From contig JBKQPC010000030.1 in NCBI GenBank assembly GCA_052145195.1, forward strand, positions 69,398-133,397: 64,000 bases of DNA, given 5' to 3'. This DNA comes from Terracidiphilus sp. GTDB taxonomy: Bacteria > Acidobacteriota > Terriglobia > Terriglobales > Acidobacteriaceae. The first letter of the stretch is position 1. Every line of letters starts with the position of its first letter. Of the stretch, positions 50,309 through 60,587 are shown piece after piece. The translations under genes and the position numbers were made by a program. Below the pieces are notes generated by a model. The model searched no databases. It saw nothing but the letters and a program-made list of their open reading frames with translations, and was not told where the DNA came from.

Positions 50309-50356
50309 GTGGTTTCCCACCCATTCGCAGAGAACGCGAATGGGTGGGGCACCCGG
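50309..50356. repeat. REP-like palindrome (best-preserved copy)
   Basis: GTGGTTTCCCACCCATTCGC-AGAGAAC-GCGAATGGGTGGGGCACCCG. Confidence 0.75.
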
Positions 50357-50379
50357 CTAATAGCTGAAAGCTGGATTTT

Positions 50380-51018
50380 GTGAGCTACTCGGTCAAGGAA
50401 ATCTACTATACGCTGCAGGGCGAGGGAGCGCAGGCGGGGCGCGCAGCGGTCTTCTGCCGCTTTGCCGGGTGCAATCTCTGGTCGGGGCGCGAGGCTGACC
50501 GTCCAGAGGCGATCTGCCGGTTTTGCGACACGGATTTTTTGGGCGTGGATGGCGAGGGCGGCGGAAGATTCGAGGCAGCAGAAGATTTGGCAGCGGCCGT
50601 CGAACGGAAGTGGCCCACGGAATCCGGATTGGGCAAGCGGTTCGTGGTCTGCACAGGCGGTGAGCCATTGCTGCAATTGGACGCAGAGCTGATTGCCGCG
50701 TTGCACGAGCGAAATTTTGAGATTGCCGTGGAAACCAACGGAACGATTGCCGCGCCGCAAGGGGTGGATTGGCTCACGGTCAGTCCCAAGGCGGGAGCCG
50801 AGCTCAAGCAGCGCAGCGGAGACGAGCTGAAGCTGGTTTTTCCCCAATTGGGCGTCGATCCGGCGGAGTTTGTGGCGCTCGCCTTCCGGCATTTCTTCCT
50901 GCAACCGATGGACGGGCCCAACCGCGAGGCCTATACCGGGCTTGCGCTGCGTTATTGCCTCGACCATCCGCAGTGGCGGCTGAGCCTGCAAACCCACAAG
51001 CTGCTCGGCATTCCATAG
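50380..51018 (+). CDS. queE: 7-carboxy-7-deazaguanine synthase (CX14CX2C type)
   Basis: EIYYTLQGEG, RFAGCNLW...CRFCDT, TGGEP, ETNG, VSPK and LQTHK. Confidence 0.96.
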   Translation: MSYSVKEIYYTLQGEGAQAGRAAVFCRFAGCNLWSGREADRPEAICRFCDTDFLGVDGEGGGRFEAAEDLAAAVERKWPTESGLGKRFVVCTGGEPLLQLDAELIAALHERNFEIAVETNGTIAAPQGVDWLTVSPKAGAELKQRSGDELKLVFPQLGVDPAEFVALAFRHFFLQPMDGPNREAYTGLALRYCLDHPQWRLSLQTHKLLGIP

Positions 51019-51194
51019 AAGGAAAACCATGGAAATGTACAAATCTGTAGCGCCGCGCAAGCCCAATGCAGTTTAGAATCGTCTTTACAGTAGGCAGAGC
51101 TTCTCCCACCGGCTGCCTGCGATGCCTCCCGGCCCAAGCCGTTGAAATTCTTCTCCAGACGGCCCGGCTGAGAAGACATGGAATCCCCAGGAAT

Positions 51195-53408
51195 ATGACA
51201 AGAAATAACCGTTTATTGCCCATTTGGCTCGTATTTGCCGCCCTAATTGCCTTGGTGCTTCCGGACAGGCCCGTCTGTGCCCAGACCGCCCCTGTGCAGA
51301 TCGTTCCGGGGCGAACGGCTCCGGCCCTGCCGGAAACATCCGCTCCGTCCAAGGGCGACCCGGTCAAGGCGCCCATCGCCAGCCCTATCGAGATTGTCCC
51401 GGCAATAGCCGCCGATTCCGCCACGCCGCCGCCGAACCGCGCCCAGGCGTACTATCATCTGGCGCTGGCCAGCGGTTATGAGGAGCAGGCCGTCAGCGAA
51501 GGCCGCCCGGAGCTGGTGACGCGGGCCATCGAGGAGTACAAGCTGGCGTTGAACGCCGACCCTGCCTCGCCGCAGTTAAACCTGGCGCTGGCCAACCTGT
51601 ACTTCCGCGCTGGCCGGTCGCGCGAGGCAGAGAGCACGGCGCGGGGGCTATTGAAGAGCTCGCCCGACGATATTGACGCGCACAAGCTGCTGGGGCGCAT
51701 CTACCTGCGCGCGTTGAGTGAAGGGCAAAATGCGCCGCCCGCCTCCTCGCCCAGCGGCAACGTGCTGAACCTGGCGATCACGGAATTCGAGAAGATTGTC
51801 GCTCTCCAGCCGAAGAACGTCGAGAATCGCATGGTCCTGGGCCAGCTTTACACCGTCAAGCACGACCCCAAGAAGGCCGAGGAGCAGTTCAAGACCGCGC
51901 AATCCATGGAGCCTGATTCCGAGGAAGTGGTGCTGAATCTGGCCCGTCTGTATGCCGAGAGCGGCGACATTGAGCAGGCAGCCAAGGCCATTGAGACGGT
52001 TCCGGTAACCGACCGAACAGCCAAGATGGAGGAGGCGCTGGGCTCGACCTATGAGCAGTTGAAGCGGACCAAGGAGGCCATTGCCGCCTATCAGCGCGCC
52101 GACAGCCTGGAGCCGGGGGACCCGCACACGCTGGATGAACTGGCACATGCGCTGCTCAGCGATAACCAGCTCGATGAGGCGCTCAAGCGCTACAGGGAGC
52201 TGGCCGAGGCCGACCCGGAGAACTCCGGCGCCGTGGTGCGCATCGGCGAGATTCAGCGCCGCCAGGGAAAATATGAGGATGCGCTGGCCACCATTCGCAA
52301 GGCGCGCAGGATGGACTCCGGCAATCTGGAAGCCGGCTATAACGAGGGGCTACTGCTGGACGTGTTGGGCCGCTATGATGAGTCCGCGCAAGCCTACGAA
52401 AAGATGGTGGATATGACCTCGCACGCCAACGGCGCCTACACCACCGAGGAAAAGAACAATCGCGGTATCTTCCTAGAGAGGCTGGGAGCGGTTTATCACG
52501 AGCAGAACAAGACGGCTGAGGCCATCGCTACCTATCAAAAACTCATCGACATGGGCGGCGAGGCGGCCGAGCGCGGCTATCAGTTCCAGGTGGACACCTG
52601 GCGCGATGCCAAACAGTACGATAAGGCCATCGAAGTGGCGCGCAAGGCGGTCGAGGCCAACCCCAAGAATCGCGAGCTGAAACTGATGTTGGCCGCGGAG
52701 ATGGGCGACCTGAATAAGACCGATGAAGGGCTGGAGCAGGCCAAAGGGCTGCTGGCCAACACTGCCGACGACCGCCAGGTGTGGCTGGCGATGGGCCAGA
52801 TGTGCGTTCGCGCGCATCGCTGGAAGGAGGCCGAGGAGGCCTTCAACAAGGCCGAGACGCTGACCACCAAGAAGGAAGATCGCGGCTATATGTTCTTTCT
52901 CCGGGGCGAACTGGCAGAGCGGCAGAAACATTACGAGCAGGCCGAGCAGTTCTTCCACCAGGCGCTGGAGATAGAGCCTGACAATGCCATGGTTCTCAAC
53001 TACCTGGGCTACATGCTGGCAGACAAGGGCAAACAGTTGCCTGAAGCCCTCAAGCTGATTCGCAGGGCCGTGGAGTTGGAGCCAATGAATGGCGCCTACC
53101 TGGACTCGCTGGGCTGGGTGTACTTCAGGATGGGCGAGTATGAGCTAGCCGAGCAGTACTTGCGCCAGGCCGTGGAACGCGATCAGACTGATCCCACGGT
53201 CCACGACCACATGGGCGAGCTATACGAGAAGACCGGCCGCTTCCGTCTGGCCACGGCGCAGTGGGAGCTTTCGCTGGCTGAGTTCGCCAAGTCGGCCTCG
53301 GTTGACGTGGACCAGGCCGAAGTGGCCAAGGTGCAAAAGAAACTGGACTCCGCACGCATCAAGCTGGCCCGGCAGGAGAGCGCCACCGGCCAGACCAAGC
53401 CGGAGTGA
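51195..53408 (+). CDS. Exported multi-TPR protein
   Basis: Signal peptide; many TPR repeats; LNYLGY...AYLDSLGW...HDHMG. Confidence 0.88.
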   Translation: MTRNNRLLPIWLVFAALIALVLPDRPVCAQTAPVQIVPGRTAPALPETSAPSKGDPVKAPIASPIEIVPAIAADSATPPPNRAQAYYHLALASGYEEQAVSEGRPELVTRAIEEYKLALNADPASPQLNLALANLYFRAGRSREAESTARGLLKSSPDDIDAHKLLGRIYLRALSEGQNAPPASSPSGNVLNLAITEFEKIVALQPKNVENRMVLGQLYTVKHDPKKAEEQFKTAQSMEPDSEEVVLNLARLYAESGDIEQAAKAIETVPVTDRTAKMEEALGSTYEQLKRTKEAIAAYQRADSLEPGDPHTLDELAHALLSDNQLDEALKRYRELAEADPENSGAVVRIGEIQRRQGKYEDALATIRKARRMDSGNLEAGYNEGLLLDVLGRYDESAQAYEKMVDMTSHANGAYTTEEKNNRGIFLERLGAVYHEQNKTAEAIATYQKLIDMGGEAAERGYQFQVDTWRDAKQYDKAIEVARKAVEANPKNRELKLMLAAEMGDLNKTDEGLEQAKGLLANTADDRQVWLAMGQMCVRAHRWKEAEEAFNKAETLTTKKEDRGYMFFLRGELAERQKHYEQAEQFFHQALEIEPDNAMVLNYLGYMLADKGKQLPEALKLIRRAVELEPMNGAYLDSLGWVYFRMGEYELAEQYLRQAVERDQTDPTVHDHMGELYEKTGRFRLATAQWELSLAEFAKSASVDVDQAEVAKVQKKLDSARIKLARQESATGQTKPE

Positions 53409-53499
53409 GCGTACTGTTTCCTTTTCGCGTCCATTCGTTGTAGGATTTTCTCGGATGGGGCGGAGGGTTATAAGCCGCTCACAGAGGAATGGAAATCGC

Positions 53500-54018
53500 A
53501 TGAATCGCAAGAACTCGAACTCCCGCACGCGACGCTACCGGCAGCCCAACGGCTTTACGCTGATGGAGTTGCTGATTGTCATGGCCATCATCACTATCCT
53601 CACACTGCTCGCCATCCCAAATGTCCCTAAGCTCTTCAAGTACGCCCACGAAATTTCCGCGAAGCAGTCTTTGCTGACCATACAACAGGCTCAGATGATG
53701 TACGAGGGAAACTACTCGAGCGTCGGCTTTGCATGCAATCTTGCGTATCTGGGCGGGGATCCTTCTGCCGGACCGCCTTCTGCCACCTCCGCGCAGATCA
53801 TTAAGCAGGATTTGGCGAGCGGGGTCAAGTCGGGTTATATCTTCGCCATCAGCCAATGCACCAAGGCCTCTGGCTCGGACCACGTCACCAGCTATGCGGT
53901 CACCGCCGTCCCCGAGACGGTAGGAAAATCCGGCGACCTGGGCTACTGCATCGATCAATACGGCACACTTAAGTCCGATCCGGCGGGAGGCACCAACTGC
54001 ACCCAACTGGTCCAGTGA
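53500..54018 (+). CDS. Type IV pilin (PilA-like)
   Basis: Basic leader followed by G|FTLMELLIVMAIITIL..LAIP. Confidence 0.9.
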   Translation: MNRKNSNSRTRRYRQPNGFTLMELLIVMAIITILTLLAIPNVPKLFKYAHEISAKQSLLTIQQAQMMYEGNYSSVGFACNLAYLGGDPSAGPPSATSAQIIKQDLASGVKSGYIFAISQCTKASGSDHVTSYAVTAVPETVGKSGDLGYCIDQYGTLKSDPAGGTNCTQLVQ

Positions 54019-54599
54019 ACAGGATGGACTCAACTGGCGCGGGTAATCCGGGTTCCAGCCATCAGGGCGGGACACCCCCACCCAGTGTCGGCGCACGCAG
54101 AGTTCCCGTCTTCGTTTGGGTTCTTGTGGGAGTCGCGGTTTTCTTTTTTGTTATCATCGTTCCCGTCCTCGCATTGCTTGCGATTCCCACCTTCGGCAGC
54201 ATGAAGAAACAGGCCAATGAGGCCGCGGCAATTCAGTCTATCCGTACCATCGAGCAGGCGGAGTTGATGTACTCTGAAACTTACCCCTCCCACGGCTACT
54301 GCTGCTCGCTGCGGGCTTTAGGGGGCGATCCGAATGCAGGGCCGCCCTCGGCGGAGGCTGCGCAGCTGTTGCCGAACGATCTGGTTTCGGGTTTCAAGTC
54401 CGGTTACATCTTCAACCTCAGCAACTGCACCAGCGTGAGCCAGAACGGCGCGGAGCGCGTCACCGGCTACAACCTCACCGCCGTTCCTCAGACCCCTGGT
54501 AAGACCGGCAGCCGCGGCTTATGCAGCGACGCGTACGGCGCCATCAAGTACGACCCTACGGGCGGAACACAGTGCGTTCAGCCGTTGGAATCGAGATGA
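54015..54599 (+). CDS. Pilin-domain membrane protein lacking the prepilin cleavage motif
   Basis: LALLAIP..ANE; C-domain aligns with the upstream pilin (LGGDP-x-AGPPSA, DL-x-SG-x-KSGYIF, TAVP, DP-x-GGT-x-C). Confidence 0.8.
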   Translation: MNRMDSTGAGNPGSSHQGGTPPPSVGARRVPVFVWVLVGVAVFFFVIIVPVLALLAIPTFGSMKKQANEAAAIQSIRTIEQAELMYSETYPSHGYCCSLRALGGDPNAGPPSAEAAQLLPNDLVSGFKSGYIFNLSNCTSVSQNGAERVTGYNLTAVPQTPGKTGSRGLCSDAYGAIKYDPTGGTQCVQPLESR

Positions 54600-55306
54600 A
54601 TCAACTTTTCAAGCGCCGCGGCTGGATGTTGGCCGTTACGCTACTTTCTACCTGCCTATACGCCCAGCGTTCACCGTCCGCGCAGGACCCGTCCACGAAG
54701 GACGCCGCGCTGGACACTGCGCAGGATGCGGCGCACCAGATGGCACAGAAGGTCGATCTCCATTACAACCAGTTGCGTTCGCTCAAGGCAGGCTTCAGCG
54801 AGAGCTATGAGGGGCTGGGGATGCGGCGCACGGAGAGCGGGACGCTGCTGCTGCTGAAGCCCGGCCGCATGAAGTGGGAGTACAGCGAGCCGGCCGGCAA
54901 GCTCTTCCTGCTCGACGGCACCTTTGCCTGGTACTACTCCCAAGGCGACTCTCAAGTCCAGCGCATCCTCGAAAAACAACTGAACGATTTGCGCTCGCCT
55001 CTGCGTTTTCTTCTGGGCCGCACGAAACTGGAAAAGGAGTTGAGCAATCTGACCCTGCGGTCCGCCGCGAACGGCCAGTTCACGCTGACCGGCCAGCCCC
55101 GGGGGCAGGAGAAACGCGTGTCACGGCTCACGCTAACTGTGACCGCGGATGGAACCATTACCGGAATCGAGATGGAAGAGGCCGATGGCGCGCTGACCCG
55201 CTTCACCTTTACCGGAGAGCAGACGAATGTGCCGATTCCCGCCGGAACCTTCCGCTTTACGCCGCCCAAAGGCGTGCCGGTGGTGGACGCGCTGCCGCCG
55301 GTGTAA
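54596..55306 (+). CDS. lolA: Outer-membrane lipoprotein carrier LolA
   Basis: SLKAGFSE, ESG..KPGRMKWEY, DG and FRFTPPKGV. Confidence 0.88.
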   Translation: MNQLFKRRGWMLAVTLLSTCLYAQRSPSAQDPSTKDAALDTAQDAAHQMAQKVDLHYNQLRSLKAGFSESYEGLGMRRTESGTLLLLKPGRMKWEYSEPAGKLFLLDGTFAWYYSQGDSQVQRILEKQLNDLRSPLRFLLGRTKLEKELSNLTLRSAANGQFTLTGQPRGQEKRVSRLTLTVTADGTITGIEMEEADGALTRFTFTGEQTNVPIPAGTFRFTPPKGVPVVDALPPV

Positions 55307-55307
55307 G
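55250..55307 (+). repeat. Direct repeat copy A (lolA 3' end)
   Basis: 23-bp identical core GGTGGTGGACGCGCTGCCGCCGG shared with 56791-56813. Confidence 0.85.
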
Positions 55308-55364
55308 CAGGATAAGCACAACTGGAGCATGTGATCTGCGCCCACGACAGAATAATTTTGCTGT

Positions 55365-55853
55365 TCACTTGTCAGGACTGCCAGATTCCTCTTTCAGCCG
55401 CCGAGCCACGTGATCCTTAAGAAGCTGGAAAAATTTCTGCACGTCTGCAAATGTGGTGGTGGGGTCGTTGTTATAGTCCATCAGGCGGTGTTGGTAATTC
55501 TTCCTGTTGGGGGCGATCTCATCGATCACGAACCGCGCCTCCTGCATCGCCGCTCCGCGATGTTCGAATTTACCCGACACTTCGTCAGTGGCCATTTCCA
55601 GCGCGCAGTACAGGCTAAATGTTTTGGCATCGGCCGGACAGACACGTGTGTCGGCGCGATTCCACTTTGATTCGGAGTCGAGGATCTCTCGCGCACGCTG
55701 CACGATCTGCACATCGACCTTCGAGACAGGCGGGCGAACCTCTGAATCGTCTGCCACGCTTCCAGCGGATTGGCCTGTGGGGGATTGCCCTTGCGCCATA
55801 GCGACGAAGACCAGAAGGACCGCTGGAACGACAGGCCATTTGCTCCACTTCAT
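55365..55853 (-). CDS. Exported hypothetical protein (possibly DUF6197-like)
   Basis: GAGG RBS; signal peptide; WNRADTRVC...SLYCAL...HRLMDYNNDP. Confidence 0.7.
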   Translation of the reverse strand: MKWSKWPVVPAVLLVFVAMAQGQSPTGQSAGSVADDSEVRPPVSKVDVQIVQRAREILDSESKWNRADTRVCPADAKTFSLYCALEMATDEVSGKFEHRGAAMQEARFVIDEIAPNRKNYQHRLMDYNNDPTTTFADVQKFFQLLKDHVARRLKEESGSPDK

Positions 55854-55873
55854 GATTCCGCACCTCTTTTTGC

Positions 55874-56617
55874 TTAGACCGCCGTGCCTTCGATTTCGGT
55901 TATCGGCTCTTTTACGCCCTTGATGATGAGCCACATAGCCAATCCGAACTCCGCAATGAACATAATCGGATACAGTGGATAGGTCAATTTTTGGTAGCCG
56001 GGGAAGAGGCCGAGCTGAATGAAACAGATCATCAGGCTCAAACCGTCAAGGAGAAGCAACACGCCCAGAAACCGCGGAAGGAAGCCGGATTTATAGACCA
56101 GATAGCCGAGGGGGAAGAGCCAGACGCCATAGAAAAGCGTCAAAATCATATTCCCGCTGCCGCCCAAATTGATGAAAAACATCGATAGAGCCTGTAGTTG
56201 GTCCGGTTTGAATGCGTGCAAATAGTCGGATCTGCCTAATAGCAAAAAGGCTTCGAATTGGATCAGCGTATAAACACATTCCACGGCGACACCGGTCAAA
56301 TTGAACAACACGAATAACAAAGCCAGATTCTTGCCCACAGGCCTTAGCAGAACGTATAAAGCCCAGGCCGTCGAAAGAAAGAACAGATCGGCGACTATTG
56401 TGCTCATGAACCCGATCCGAATCATCAGCTCGGAGTCCGCGATATTCCTGGCCATAGCAGTGGGATCGTCCCAGACAAAGGGCTTGTGTTGAATAAAAGT
56501 CGAAGAAGCAAAGAGAACGATATAAGCGAGATAGAGGAACCCCGCCAATCTTGCCAGTTTGCGCCGCGAACCACCCTGCACGTCGTCTGCGATTTCGATA
56601 CCGGCTATGCCTGTCAT
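55874..56617 (-). CDS. DUF4386 family membrane protein
   Basis: ARLAGFLYL, LRPVGKNLALL, PLGYLVYKSGFLPR and WLIIKGV; GGAGG RBS. Confidence 0.82.
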   Translation of the reverse strand: MTGIAGIEIADDVQGGSRRKLARLAGFLYLAYIVLFASSTFIQHKPFVWDDPTAMARNIADSELMIRIGFMSTIVADLFFLSTAWALYVLLRPVGKNLALLFVLFNLTGVAVECVYTLIQFEAFLLLGRSDYLHAFKPDQLQALSMFFINLGGSGNMILTLFYGVWLFPLGYLVYKSGFLPRFLGVLLLLDGLSLMICFIQLGLFPGYQKLTYPLYPIMFIAEFGLAMWLIIKGVKEPITEIEGTAV

Positions 56618-56655
56618 TTCAATTCCTCCATTGTTCTTTATCTAACTACTTATTA

Positions 56656-56703
56656 TCACTCGTGCCTCAGTGCCTCAATGGGGTTGAGGTTGGCGGCGTG
56701 GAT
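56656..56703 (-). pseudogene. Isolated C-terminal remnant of a MacB/FtsX-type ABC permease
   Basis: Translates IHAANLNPIEALRHE* followed by TAA TAA; no permease body upstream. Confidence 0.7.
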
Positions 56704-56761
56704 GGTATGAATCATGTCGCTGAGCAGACTGGTGACAGCCAGGACGGTTACAGCCTGTGTT

Positions 56762-56818
56762 TTCCGCTGTTCGTTGCCAAAATGTGTGCTGGTGGTGGAC
56801 GCGCTGCCGCCGGGTAAG
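56762..56818 (+). repeat. Direct repeat copy B (degenerate lolA 3' end)
   Basis: Translates FRCSLPKCVLVVDALPP versus LolA FRFTPPKGVPVVDALPP. Confidence 0.85.
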
Positions 56819-56849
56819 TCTCGCAGGTATAAAAGTCGCGTCGAACTGA

Positions 56850-57809
56850 TCAGTTTTCGTCTCTTCCAGCAACTCTTGCCGAAGCCATTTGCAGCGGTTC
56901 TGTCAGGGTGAAGATCATCGCTGTTCCCGGTTCCAGATTGGCCTGGGGATGGCTAACCAGCAGGTGGGTGGTGATGACGCCTGCCCCCACCATGCTGCCG
57001 GCTAAGGCGCCGACCGGGCCGCCCAGGATGGCTCCTGTGGCTGCGCCGGCTCCCACTGCCCCGCCGTATTCAATGCCGTCGCGTTTCAGGCGCGAGGCAG
57101 GCAGGATGGTGCCTTCAGAGCCGACTTTGGACCTGGCGCCGGGGGTTCCGGTGATCACGGCGCGCAGTTGGTAATGCGTGCCATTGGCGAGAATCACCGT
57201 CTCCGGCAGCAGTTGCATGGAGCCGTGACCGCCCACGTGGCCAGTGGAAACCCCGGCCACGCGGCCGTCAATCTCCGCTCCGGCGGGAATCAGCACATGA
57301 TCGCCCTGCATCACATCGGAGGCCACGCGACTGCGAAAAGTTTCGCCCCGTTCGCTGCTGGCGGAGGAAAGCCGATCCAGCAGGCGGACGCGGATGGTGG
57401 TCCCTTCCGGGAGTTCGCCGGGACGCGCCGGATGCGGATGCACGATGTCGCCATCCGGATCGGTGGCGTAGTTGCGCCGGATCAAAACCGGTTCGCGCTG
57501 CGGTGTCGCGTTGCGCTGCACGCTAACGGGACCGCTGTCCGGGTCAGGATCGTTACCGGCGGGATCAGCGTATGCAGACTGGGCCTGAACTGGCGCCTCA
57601 GTCTGAGCCTGAGTCCGCACTGGGTATTGTACGGGCGCGGCTCTCCGCCCGGCAGGAGGCTTGGCCTGGGGCGTGCTGGTGGTCACGATGGTGTCGTCAG
57701 GGGGTGGGTTCGAGGTGCCCTGGTAGGGACTCGACTCGTTGGCCTCCTGCGCTCCCAGAGCGGCAGTGGTCATCAACAACAAGGCGCACACAAGAATCGG
57801 CCGGTTCAT
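56850..57809 (-). CDS. Exported protein with TrbI/VirB10-like domain and glycine zipper
   Basis: AAGGAG RBS; signal peptide; P/Q-rich linker; LPEGTTIRVRL..LSS and IPAGAEIDG; GAVGAGAATGAILGG. Confidence 0.75.
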   Translation of the reverse strand: MNRPILVCALLLMTTAALGAQEANESSPYQGTSNPPPDDTIVTTSTPQAKPPAGRRAAPVQYPVRTQAQTEAPVQAQSAYADPAGNDPDPDSGPVSVQRNATPQREPVLIRRNYATDPDGDIVHPHPARPGELPEGTTIRVRLLDRLSSASSERGETFRSRVASDVMQGDHVLIPAGAEIDGRVAGVSTGHVGGHGSMQLLPETVILANGTHYQLRAVITGTPGARSKVGSEGTILPASRLKRDGIEYGGAVGAGAATGAILGGPVGALAGSMVGAGVITTHLLVSHPQANLEPGTAMIFTLTEPLQMASARVAGRDEN

Positions 57810-57852
57810 CCAAGTCTCCTTTTTCCAGGCGCGTGAATTTATCTTCCTCTGA

Positions 57853-57880
57853 TTAGACCCCGCTGGAGAGGAAGAGTTGC
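57853..57880 (-). promoter_or_regulatory. Putative ECF (RpoE-type) promoter
   Basis: GCAAC-N17-GTCTAA on the minus strand, about 45 nt upstream of the start codon. Confidence 0.45.
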
Positions 57881-58060
57881 TCGCGCAGGCAACCCCTTTC
57901 CTGCCGGGTTTATGCGCCAGCTCACCCAAGGTAAGGCTAACGCAGACTTGCAGCCACTGGAGTGCGAGCAGCACGGCAAGTTCCATGGACGGCACGAATC
58001 AACTAAGGCAACCTACTCCGCACACTTCCCGTGCCGGAAAATGCATAGACCCTAACCCCC

Positions 58061-59557
<1,497 letters not shown>

Positions 59558-59603
59558 ACCCCTGCGGTGGGGCAGACGCTCGCTGTTCGCTCGCATAGGC
59601 TTT

Positions 59604-59644
59604 GTCGTATCCCAGGTCCCAAAGGCCAGACCTGGTTCACCCGG
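59604..59644. repeat. Degenerate REP-like palindrome
   Basis: GTCGTATCCCAGGTC...GACCTGGTTCACCCGG, similar to the 38265 copy. Confidence 0.5.
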
Positions 59645-59764
59645 CAGGGCATCTCATCACTCGAGGTGCCCTGCGCAATCGAAGGATCACAGATTCCACC
59701 CGGCTCGCTTGTCCATCTAATTTGATTCTTCACGAATCCCATACCCAGGAAAGAGAGTTTTGAA

Positions 59765-60514
59765 ATGTACAAAGTCGTTCTGTTACGCCACGGAGAGAGC
59801 ATTTGGAATAAAGAAAACCTGTTTACCGGTTGGACGGATGTTGACCTATCGGAGAAGGGCCGGGAAGAGGCCAGGCAGGCGGGCGTGATGCTGAAGGAGC
59901 AGGGATATCGCTTCGATCTCGCCTACACCTCGGTGCTGAAGCGCGCCATACGCACACTGTGGATCGCGCTGGACCAGATGGACCTGATGTGGATTCCCGT
60001 GGTGCGCGACTGGCGGCTGAATGAACGGCATTATGGAGCACTGCAAGGCCTCAACAAAGCCGAGACGGCAGCGAAGTATGGGGAAGATCAGGTGAAAATC
60101 TGGCGTCGCAGTTACGACGTTCGCCCCCCGGCGCTGGAGGAGTCCGATCCGCGTTATCCGGGGAAGGACCCGCGCTATCACAGTCTTACCAAAGAACAAC
60201 TCCCCTTGAGCGAATGCCTGAAGGACACGGTGGACCGCTTTCTGCCCTGCTGGCACGAATTAATTGCTCCCAGCATTTGGTCGGGGAAGCAGGTGTTGAT
60301 CGCGGCCCATGGCAACAGCCTGCGGGCACTGGTGAAGTATCTGGAAGACGTGCCGGAGAAGGAGATTGTCGATCTCAACATTCCTACCGGCGTGCCGCTG
60401 GTAGAAGAACTTGACGAGAACCTGAAGTCAGTTCGTCATTATTATCTGGGAGATCCGGAACAAATCAAGCAGGCGGTAAGTAAAGCTGCAAGCACGGGCG
60501 GAGCGAGTCGTTAA
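59765..60514 (+). CDS. gpmA: 2,3-BPG-dependent phosphoglycerate mutase
   Basis: LRHGES, FTGWTDV, LNERHYG and AHGNSLR. Confidence 0.97.
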   Translation: MYKVVLLRHGESIWNKENLFTGWTDVDLSEKGREEARQAGVMLKEQGYRFDLAYTSVLKRAIRTLWIALDQMDLMWIPVVRDWRLNERHYGALQGLNKAETAAKYGEDQVKIWRRSYDVRPPALEESDPRYPGKDPRYHSLTKEQLPLSECLKDTVDRFLPCWHELIAPSIWSGKQVLIAAHGNSLRALVKYLEDVPEKEIVDLNIPTGVPLVEELDENLKSVRHYYLGDPEQIKQAVSKAASTGGASR

Positions 60515-60529
60515 TGGACCAATAGAACG

Positions 60530-60570
60530 CAACAAAGGCGAAGCCATTGCGGCTTCGCCTTTGTTGTTTG
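60530..60570. terminator. Terminator hairpin between convergent gpmA and glnA
   Basis: CAACAAAGGCGAAGCC-ATTGC-GGCTTCGCCTTTGTTG, 16-bp stem. Confidence 0.85.
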
Positions 60571-60587
60571 CAACCGCAACTCTCGCT

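Noticed and set aside
48917-50379. preQ1 riboswitch, or a 7-deazaguanine DNA-modification (dpd) system around queC/queE
   Set aside because: queC overlaps kdsC with no leader, the queC-queE gap holds a REP, and there is no dpdA/tgt paralog; this looks like ordinary queuosine synthesis
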